This document shows positions 12,747 to 20,574 of a stretch of DNA of 64,000 bases, one piece after another; position 1 is the stretch's first letter, and each line of letters begins with the position of its first letter. This DNA is from Microcoleus sp. (lineage in GTDB: Bacteria > Cyanobacteriota > Cyanobacteriia > Cyanobacteriales > Microcoleaceae). Location of the stretch: the NCBI GenBank assembly GCA_052279835.1, contig CP181291.1, forward strand, positions 6,208,001 through 6,272,000. Reading direction: 5' to 3'. The notes beneath the pieces were generated by a model. The model made no database searches. It was not told where the DNA came from and saw only the letters and a list, made by a program, of their open reading frames with translations. A program made the translations under genes and the position numbers.

Positions 12747-15452
12747 ATGACCTCACAGAAAGAAAATCCGGCTGACGAACATGAGTTGCAGGGTTGGATT
12801 TCTAAACCTGATGAATCTGCTGACGATGAAACAGCTCAGCTTGAACCGTTAGTGGATCTGTTGGTAGAACTCAAAATTATTGCAGGTTTAAACCGACAAA
12901 ATCCAGAGTCGGAACCAGACAGCAGTGATGAAGAAGATCGCACCCAGCTACTCGGTGGGTTGAAAGATTTGTTAGGTATGTCTGAGGAAGTTGAAGCAAG
13001 TGCAAAACCAGAAACCTTCGAGGGTGAAGCGGATTCTGGTGATGCACTGGCTTTTTTGGAAGAGTTTAAAAATTTGCTATTTGTTACTCAAAAACTGAAT
13101 ACTTCAGAACTAGAAAAAGACTATTCATCAGTTAATACTATAGATGTTTTGGCGATCGGCGAGGTGGAGCTAGAGCAGAGAGCGCACCAGATTCAAGACT
13201 TGTCTACCTCGCCGATTCAAAATGCTGCACAACCAGCTCACACATCTCAGGAGAGGGGTCTTAATTTAGAGCCTGTGGCTGCTCCCCAAACCGAGGTACA
13301 ACCCTCAGCAATAGGGGATATTCCGCTTGTTCCAGCCACCTCAGAACCACCAGAAATCGCCCATTTAGATGCTGCGGAGGCTTCGCATCTAGAAAGGGCT
13401 TCACTAGAACAGCCCACCCACCTATCGCAGCCGATAGAAATATTGGGACAAATAAAACAGGATTTCAATGAAGCCGACAGCGCGATGGAAAGGCTGCAAA
13501 ATTTGATTTTCGGCTCGCAAATATCAGATATCGAGCAAGTGAAAAATCTGTTGGCTGAAAACGATTTGCCCGCAGTGCGCCGTCTGATGACCACCATCGA
13601 TGAAAAATTAGGAAAGTTGGAGCACCAACTTTACGATCCCCAAGAGTTGATTGCCCTGATGCTACCTTGGATCGCAGAAATTCTTAGCCGTAAAATAACA
13701 GAGTCTAAGGAAGAAGTTGTAAACGCGATCGTACCGATTATTGACGAAGTGATTAGGGCAAAAACTCAAGAAAATAAGCAAGCCATGAGTTCGGCGATCG
13801 CTGAATTACTTCCCGACGCACTTGCTCAACAAATCCATAATTCACCCGCAGATATTGCTAAGGCGATCGCCCCGGAAATCGGCATGGCAATTAAAGAACA
13901 AATTCGCCTCGACCAAGAGTCGATCGCTCAAGCCCTAGGGCCGGAAATGGGCAAAGCGATTACAGCCCAAATTGAGTTTGAACGAGATTCAATGGTAGAT
14001 GCGCTCTATCCGGTAATTGGCAGTACCATCTCTAAATACATGGCAGAAGCGATCAAGACCATCAATGAAAAAGTGTCCAACACCCTCAGCGTCGAAGGAG
14101 TTAAGCGGAAAATTCGCTCCAAAGTCCAAGGAGTCTCCGAAGCCGAATTAATCCTTCAAGAATCCATACCTTTTACCGTCCAAGCAGTATTCTTAATTCA
14201 CAAGGCATCAGGGTTAGTGATTTCCGAAGCTCAACAATTAGGAGATTACCAACTAGAATCAGAAATGGTCGCAGGAATGCTCACAGCTATTAGCAGCTTT
14301 GTAAATGATTGTATTGTCAGACCCGGACAAATTTCCGAACTAAATCAAATTGAATACGGCGAATCCAAGATTATGTTAGAAGTAGCCGGATACTGTTACC
14401 TAGCAGCAGTAATCAAAGGAGAACCACCGCGAAATTTTATCAAAAAAATGCGGGAAACTGTCAGCACAATTATTATCAATTATGGAAAATCTATCAATCA
14501 ATTTAACGGCAACCCCCGTACCATATCTGATGACCTGCATCCACTGTTACTGGGTTTATTAGCAAAATTTACAACAGAACAGCAAACACTAGCAAAACCC
14601 CCCCTAGCCCTTGCGGGACTGAGCTTAGCATTGCTAAGCTTAATCGTAGTACCTTGGGGAATTTATCAGTACCGCAGTAACATTGACCGTCGCCTTGCCG
14701 ATAATGCCACTTTCGCTTTAGGATCGACTCCAGAATTAGCGGTTTATCGCTTAAATGTGAGTGTTGAAGGCAAAACTCTGAAGTTAACCGGAAAGTTGCC
14801 AAATCCCGAATTACGAGTAAAAGCTGGCCAAATAGCTGCATCAACGGCACCAAATTTGAAATTGGACAATCAAATTGTCGCGGTCGATTTACCTCCCGAT
14901 CCAGTGTTGACAAAGGCAGAGGTGCAGCGAATCACTGCTGTTTTGAACCGACTCTGGGGTGTTTCTATTTCTAGTCGGTATGACGATCGCAGAGTTACAG
15001 TAGAAGGAACAGTGATGGAACAGGGAGATGTGCAGAAAATTACTCAGTCTTTTAAGCAAATTCCCGGAGTTCAATCAGTGATTAGCACAGTTAAATTAGA
15101 TCCACTGAAAATTACAAGTCGCATTTACTTTGAGCCAGGAACAGCAAAATTCGACTCAACATATCAAGAGACAATTGTCAATATCAGAGATTTTTTGAGA
15201 CAGCATCCTCAAAAAAGTATTAAGATAATTGGGCACAGCGATCGCACTGGAGAATTTGGCATCAATCAACAGTTGTCGCTCCGGCGTGCAGCCACAGTGC
15301 GAGATGCCCTGGTCTTGCAAGGTGCTGACCCGCAGCGCCTCCAAGTGGTCGCCAGCAACAGTCCTCCTGCGGATGTAGCACAAAATCAACCGCTACTTTT
15401 AAGCAGGTGCGTGCTATTTGAACCAATAACTAAGAGCATCAACAGCAAATAA
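12747..15452 (+). CDS. Membrane protein: acidic N-terminus, helical repeats, longin/roadblock-like domain, 1 TM, BON domain(s), OmpA-like peptidoglycan-binding domain
   Basis: TM LALAGLSLALLSLIVVPWGIY; OmpA-like IYFEPG...IIGHSD...NQQLSLRRA..VRDALV..G. Confidence 0.85.
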   Translation: MTSQKENPADEHELQGWISKPDESADDETAQLEPLVDLLVELKIIAGLNRQNPESEPDSSDEEDRTQLLGGLKDLLGMSEEVEASAKPETFEGEADSGDALAFLEEFKNLLFVTQKLNTSELEKDYSSVNTIDVLAIGEVELEQRAHQIQDLSTSPIQNAAQPAHTSQERGLNLEPVAAPQTEVQPSAIGDIPLVPATSEPPEIAHLDAAEASHLERASLEQPTHLSQPIEILGQIKQDFNEADSAMERLQNLIFGSQISDIEQVKNLLAENDLPAVRRLMTTIDEKLGKLEHQLYDPQELIALMLPWIAEILSRKITESKEEVVNAIVPIIDEVIRAKTQENKQAMSSAIAELLPDALAQQIHNSPADIAKAIAPEIGMAIKEQIRLDQESIAQALGPEMGKAITAQIEFERDSMVDALYPVIGSTISKYMAEAIKTINEKVSNTLSVEGVKRKIRSKVQGVSEAELILQESIPFTVQAVFLIHKASGLVISEAQQLGDYQLESEMVAGMLTAISSFVNDCIVRPGQISELNQIEYGESKIMLEVAGYCYLAAVIKGEPPRNFIKKMRETVSTIIINYGKSINQFNGNPRTISDDLHPLLLGLLAKFTTEQQTLAKPPLALAGLSLALLSLIVVPWGIYQYRSNIDRRLADNATFALGSTPELAVYRLNVSVEGKTLKLTGKLPNPELRVKAGQIAASTAPNLKLDNQIVAVDLPPDPVLTKAEVQRITAVLNRLWGVSISSRYDDRRVTVEGTVMEQGDVQKITQSFKQIPGVQSVISTVKLDPLKITSRIYFEPGTAKFDSTYQETIVNIRDFLRQHPQKSIKIIGHSDRTGEFGINQQLSLRRAATVRDALVLQGADPQRLQVVASNSPPADVAQNQPLLLSRCVLFEPITKSINSK

Positions 15453-15454
15453 TT

Positions 15455-15991
15455 ATGTCAGTTACTATCTCTAAAAAAATGTGCATGATCGGCGATTTTG
15501 GCGTGGGTAAAACCAGCATGATCCGCCGTTTTGTCGATCGGCAATTCAGCGACCAGTACCTGTCCACGGTAGGAGTAAAAATTTCTCGCAAAAGTATTGT
15601 ATTAGAAAACAGTACAAAACAGGAAATTGTCACAGCACAGTTGCTGATTTGGGATTTAGAGGGGCATACAAAATTCAAAGGTATCGCCCCCACTTATTTG
15701 CAGGGAGCAGGCGGCGTTTTAATTGTTGCCGATGTCAGCCGCTCAGAAACTGTTGAGCGAATTTCCGAACACATTAAGCTTTTTTCTTCAGTCAACCCAA
15801 AAGGATCAATAATCATCGCTTTGAACAAAGTAGACTTGATAGACGAAGAAAAATTAGCACTGCTAGTGGAAATTGCCCATTCCATAGGTCAAGATAAAGT
15901 AGTAGCAGTTTACACAACATCTGCTAAAACGGGCAAAGACGTCGATGAAATTTTTCACAAACTAGCTTACACAATGGTAGAACAAGTATGA
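15455..15991 (+). CDS. Rab/Ras-like small GTPase
   Basis: G1 GDFGVGKTS, G2 YLSTVG, G3 WDLEG, G4 NKVD, G5 SAK. Confidence 0.95.
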   Translation: MSVTISKKMCMIGDFGVGKTSMIRRFVDRQFSDQYLSTVGVKISRKSIVLENSTKQEIVTAQLLIWDLEGHTKFKGIAPTYLQGAGGVLIVADVSRSETVERISEHIKLFSSVNPKGSIIIALNKVDLIDEEKLALLVEIAHSIGQDKVVAVYTTSAKTGKDVDEIFHKLAYTMVEQV

Positions 15992-17565
15992 TCAATATTT
16001 TTAGAAAGCTGTTAGTCCCCCAAGAAACCGAATATTTTGTGATTAATCACAATTTCCTTATTGAGGAAACCTCCTCAGCCGTGCAGCGGTTTGCAGATAC
16101 AGCAGGCGAGGCTTTACCCGGTGTGGATGCCCGCATCTGTTTTCCTGAATTAATTGGAGTTGAAAATATCCTCACATCTATAATTATCGGACAGAGGTCA
16201 AGTTTTCAAGTCAAGGGGATTGCTAGGTTTACCGACAATAATCATCCTTTATATTTCGATCTGTTAGTAATTGAACATGAAAACAACGAAGAACAAGAAG
16301 AAGAAGAACGACGACCAAGTAAATTGCTAATTTTGATTGAAGATTCCACAGAAAAAATGGTAATGAAGCAATCATTAATCCAAAGAGCTAATGAGGCAAA
16401 TCTTTTAGTGAGAGCCTTAGAAGCTTCGAGAGATTACATAGATAAAGTAATTATATCTATGGGCGATGCTTTGTTAGTCACAACCACCTTGGGCATCATC
16501 AAAACAGTAAACCAATCCGCTCAATTGTTGTTTGGGTACAGCGAATCAGAAATTGTCGAACAGCCTTTGTCCATGATTGTCGTGGAAGAAAAATTGCTTT
16601 ACCAAGCTCGCCACCATTATATTTTATCTCAAGAAGAATTAGTGAGAGAATTGGAGGTAGTCTGCACGACAAAAACAGGAGCAGAAATTTGGGTAGAATT
16701 TTCCTGTGCGGCGATTCAGACGGAACTGAAGGGGCTATATGATTTTGTCTACATAGGTAGAGATGTTACAGAACGCAAGCAACAAGAAATCGAAATTCGT
16801 CGCTCTTTGGCAAGAGAACAGGAACTCAGAGACGTAAAATCTCGCTTTTTTTCGATGCTTGCTCACGAATTTGGCAATCCTTTAAATACAGTATTGTTTT
16901 CTACTCAAATTCTCAAAGAATACGGCGATGAAATTACACTACCTGAGAAAAAAGAATACCTCGAACATATTCAATCCGCATCTAAACACATGGCTCAGCT
17001 ATTAGATGATGTTCGCTTGCTTAGTAGTGCAGAAGCAGGGAAATTGAAATTCAATCCCACACCAGTTGACTTGAAAAGTTTTTGCAACGATTTAGTAGAA
17101 TCTATCAAAATTAGCTTCGGCAAAAATCATGCAGTTTGTTTTATTTACCGGCGAATAATGTCGCGGGTGAGATTAATCAACAACTCTTATGATGACAGCA
17201 AAAAATTACCCGCCATGGATAAAAAATTGCTGCGACACATATTGACAAACTTGCTGTCAAATGGTATTAAATATTCGCCGATCGATAGCAATGTTTATTT
17301 TGAGTTGCATTGTTATGATGAAGAGGCTATCTTTAAAATTAAAGATGAAGGAATTGGCATTCCTATAGAAGACCAAGAACAACTATTTGAATCTTATTAC
17401 CGGGCTCAAAATGTAGGTAAAATACCCGGTACTGGACTAGGTTTATCCATAGTCAAGCAGTGTGTAGACTTGCACGGCGGTCAAATTGAATTTTCCAGCG
17501 AAACAGGGTTAGGTACTACTTTTATAGTGACCATTCCATATTACAAATCAAAGCAAATAGATTAA
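15988..17565 (+). CDS. PAS-domain sensor histidine kinase
   Basis: PAS (VNQSAQLLFGYSESEIV...GRDVTERK), H-box AHEFGNPL, NLLSNGIKYS, DEGIGI, GTGLGL; ATGA overlap with GTPase. Confidence 0.93.
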   Translation: MINIFRKLLVPQETEYFVINHNFLIEETSSAVQRFADTAGEALPGVDARICFPELIGVENILTSIIIGQRSSFQVKGIARFTDNNHPLYFDLLVIEHENNEEQEEEERRPSKLLILIEDSTEKMVMKQSLIQRANEANLLVRALEASRDYIDKVIISMGDALLVTTTLGIIKTVNQSAQLLFGYSESEIVEQPLSMIVVEEKLLYQARHHYILSQEELVRELEVVCTTKTGAEIWVEFSCAAIQTELKGLYDFVYIGRDVTERKQQEIEIRRSLAREQELRDVKSRFFSMLAHEFGNPLNTVLFSTQILKEYGDEITLPEKKEYLEHIQSASKHMAQLLDDVRLLSSAEAGKLKFNPTPVDLKSFCNDLVESIKISFGKNHAVCFIYRRIMSRVRLINNSYDDSKKLPAMDKKLLRHILTNLLSNGIKYSPIDSNVYFELHCYDEEAIFKIKDEGIGIPIEDQEQLFESYYRAQNVGKIPGTGLGLSIVKQCVDLHGGQIEFSSETGLGTTFIVTIPYYKSKQID

Positions 17566-17613
17566 TCTCAGATTTCTGGATACCAAGGGCGCATTTACTA
17601 CTAAAGATCCCAA

Positions 17614-20394
17614 ATGAAAACCCTGTTACAAAAACTATTGGTTCCTCACCACCTGGAGTACCTAGCACTAGATAGAGACTTTTTAATTCAAGAGACATCT
17701 GCCAATGTACAGCGTTTTGCCTACTGTGACGAAATAGTATCGGGAAATGATGTTCGCCTTCACTTTCCAGAATTGGTAGGAACTGAAGAAATTTTAATCG
17801 ATATCTTTGAAGGGAGTTTGCCAAATTTTGATTTAAAAGCGATGACGCGGGTTTTAGAGGATAACTCGCGACTGTATTTTGATATGTATATCGTCGAATT
17901 CAAAGATGATGAAAGTCATCAAAGATTAATTATATTTTTTGAAGATGTAACAGACAGGATGGGTTTAGAACAAACTCTTGTTCAGGCGACCAATGAAATG
18001 AATATTTTATTGAGTACCTTAGCAGCTACTAACAATTATGTGGAAAAAATTATTACTTCCATGGCAGAAGTCTTGTTAGTGACCACCGCCAGTGGAAAAA
18101 TTAAAAAAGTTAATCAAGCTGCTCAAAATTTGTTTGGTTACAGCGACTCGGAATTAGTAGGACGACAAATAAATGCGATCGCTCCCATAGGTCAATCTTT
18201 ACACGATCTCAGTAAACAAGGTGAATTGGTTCAAACGAAGGGGGAAGTAATTTGCACAGCAAAAACAGGAGAAAAGCTAACATTGGCTTTTTCCTGTACC
18301 CCTATTCCCAGTGATATTAAGAGTATTTCTGATGGGACGACAGACCTCAAGGATTTCCTGTATATCGGTAGAGATGTTACAGATAGAAAGCGGGCTAGCA
18401 AGCGAAAAGTAGCCCAATATGTCACCACGCGCATACTCTCGGCATCGGAAACAATCAAAAAGGCGATCGCCGCAATTCTCCCGGTAATTTGCGACAGTTT
18501 GGGATGGGATACCGCCGAACTCTGGATGCCAGAAATAGGTGAAAAACTACTGTCAGTAACTAAGAGAAAAGTTCCGATTTCCGATCCAAATCTGCTCCGG
18601 TGTGTGGCCAATTGGACAAAACGTTCAATCTCTATTCCAGAATTTGTAGAAGTTGCCGAACAAACTACCTTTGCAATGGGGGAAGGATTACCGGGGCGCG
18701 TTTGGGCCACCGGTTCCCCTGAGTTGATTAGAGATATAAGTGAAAGTGACAAGTTTTATCGCCGAGAAATTGCGGGTAGATCGGGATTGCATGGAGCTTT
18801 TTGCTTCCCAATTTTGGGCGACTACGAACAGGAAAATTCTACCCGGTCAATTTTGGGTGTCATCGCTTTTTTTAGTTGCGAGGTGCAGTGCTACGACGAA
18901 GAATTGCTCCAGACAATGGCAACAATTGGCAGCCAAATTGGTCAATTTATTAAGCGAAAACAAGCAGAAGCAGCCTTGCGAGAAAGTGAAGAACAACTGC
19001 GAGACTTATTTGAAAATGCTAGCGACTTGATTCAAAGCATTGGAGCTGACGGTCATTTTTTGTACGTGAATCGGGCTTGGCGAGAAACTCTTGGGTACAG
19101 CGAAGCAGAAATTGCTAAAATGACAGTATTTGATATCATTCATCCTAACAGTTCCCCGGATTCTCTTCACATATTCGATCGGGCGATTCGCGACAAAGAA
19201 ATAGATGAAAATACTTTTTATCCAGATTCTGTAGAAGCGATTTTTGTGACCAAAAAATACCAACAAATTTTGTTGGAAGGGAGTATAAGCTGTAAATTTG
19301 CTGATGGTCAGCTAGTGGCAATTCGCGCGATTTTGCGAGACATTACTGCTCGCAAACAAGCTGAAGATGCTTTAGCCCAATCTGTCTCCCTGCTCCAAGC
19401 AACTTTTGATTCCACTGCTGACGGGATTTTAGCCACCGATCGCACGGGAAAAATAGTCAGTTTCAACCGAGAATTTATAGAAATGTGGGGCATTCCCGAT
19501 GAAGTGATGGCACTGCGATCGGACGCACAAATGGTGGCTTTTGTCCTCAACCAACTGAAAGATCCCCAAGCATTTCAAGAAAGAATAGAATCACTTTACG
19601 AGCAGCCAGAAGCGGAAAGTTACGATTTGTTAGAATTTCAAGACGGCAGATTTTTTGAACGCTACTCTGAACCGCAGCGACTGGGAGATGAAATCATCGG
19701 CAGAGTTTGGAGTTACCATGACATCACCGAACGCAAGCAAGCAGAAGATGCCCTCCGGGAAGAACAAGAAAAATCTGAAAAACTCCTTTTAAATATTTTG
19801 CCAAAGCCCATAGCAGAAAGGCTTAAACGAAATGAAACTACTATTGCAGAATACTTTCCTGAAGTTACCGTTTTATTCGCAGATATTGTGGGTTTTACAC
19901 ACTTGTCTACCCTGATGAATCCCATCGATCTAGTGGAGTTGCTCAACCAAATTTTTTCCAGCTTTGACCTGATTTGCGAACGGCTGGGGTTAGAGAAAAT
20001 TAAGACTATTGGCGACGCATACATGGTAGTAGGAGGATTGCCTGAGCCTAGGGCAGACCATGCCGAAGCGATCGCCCAAATGGCCCTGGATATGCAAACA
20101 GAAATAGCCAGATTTAATGCTCAAAATAACAAATATTTTAGCATCCGCATCGGTATCCATAGTGGCCCTGTGGTGGCGGGAGTAATTGGCATCAAAAAAT
20201 TTATTTACGATTTGTGGGGCGACACGGTTAATATTGCTTCTCGCATGGAATCTCACGGTTTGCCTTGGCGAATTCAAGTGAGTGAAGCTACTTATAATTT
20301 ATTGCAACACAAATACTTATTCGAGCGGCGGGAAACTATTCATGTTAAAGGGAAAGGGGAGATGACAACTTATTTAATTATAGGCGAAAAGTAA
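17614..20394 (+). CDS. PAS/GAF-domain class III adenylate cyclase
   Basis: Several PAS domains, GAF (GEGLPGRVW), LFADIVGFT, KIKTIGDAY, YDLWGDTVNIASRMES. Confidence 0.93.
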   Translation: MKTLLQKLLVPHHLEYLALDRDFLIQETSANVQRFAYCDEIVSGNDVRLHFPELVGTEEILIDIFEGSLPNFDLKAMTRVLEDNSRLYFDMYIVEFKDDESHQRLIIFFEDVTDRMGLEQTLVQATNEMNILLSTLAATNNYVEKIITSMAEVLLVTTASGKIKKVNQAAQNLFGYSDSELVGRQINAIAPIGQSLHDLSKQGELVQTKGEVICTAKTGEKLTLAFSCTPIPSDIKSISDGTTDLKDFLYIGRDVTDRKRASKRKVAQYVTTRILSASETIKKAIAAILPVICDSLGWDTAELWMPEIGEKLLSVTKRKVPISDPNLLRCVANWTKRSISIPEFVEVAEQTTFAMGEGLPGRVWATGSPELIRDISESDKFYRREIAGRSGLHGAFCFPILGDYEQENSTRSILGVIAFFSCEVQCYDEELLQTMATIGSQIGQFIKRKQAEAALRESEEQLRDLFENASDLIQSIGADGHFLYVNRAWRETLGYSEAEIAKMTVFDIIHPNSSPDSLHIFDRAIRDKEIDENTFYPDSVEAIFVTKKYQQILLEGSISCKFADGQLVAIRAILRDITARKQAEDALAQSVSLLQATFDSTADGILATDRTGKIVSFNREFIEMWGIPDEVMALRSDAQMVAFVLNQLKDPQAFQERIESLYEQPEAESYDLLEFQDGRFFERYSEPQRLGDEIIGRVWSYHDITERKQAEDALREEQEKSEKLLLNILPKPIAERLKRNETTIAEYFPEVTVLFADIVGFTHLSTLMNPIDLVELLNQIFSSFDLICERLGLEKIKTIGDAYMVVGGLPEPRADHAEAIAQMALDMQTEIARFNAQNNKYFSIRIGIHSGPVVAGVIGIKKFIYDLWGDTVNIASRMESHGLPWRIQVSEATYNLLQHKYLFERRETIHVKGKGEMTTYLIIGEK

Positions 20395-20399
20395 ATTTA

Positions 20400-20527
20400 G
20401 TTATTGGTTATTGGTTAGTGGTTATTCGTTAGTCGTTAGTGGTTATTACTCATGGGTTAACTAACAACTAACTCTTGGATGACGCTTCGTCGCTCAGGGC
20501 ATCGCCACTAACTACTAACTACTGAGT
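20400..20527. repeat. Inverted blocks of STRR heptamers (gttattg / ctaacaa type)
   Basis: gttattggttattggttagtggttattcgttagtcgttagtg ... ctaacaactaact ... ccactaactactaactactga. Confidence 0.7.
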
Positions 20528-20574
20528 AAAACTATTGCTAAAATTAGTGGAGAAACCCAAACAGGTCAAGATTC

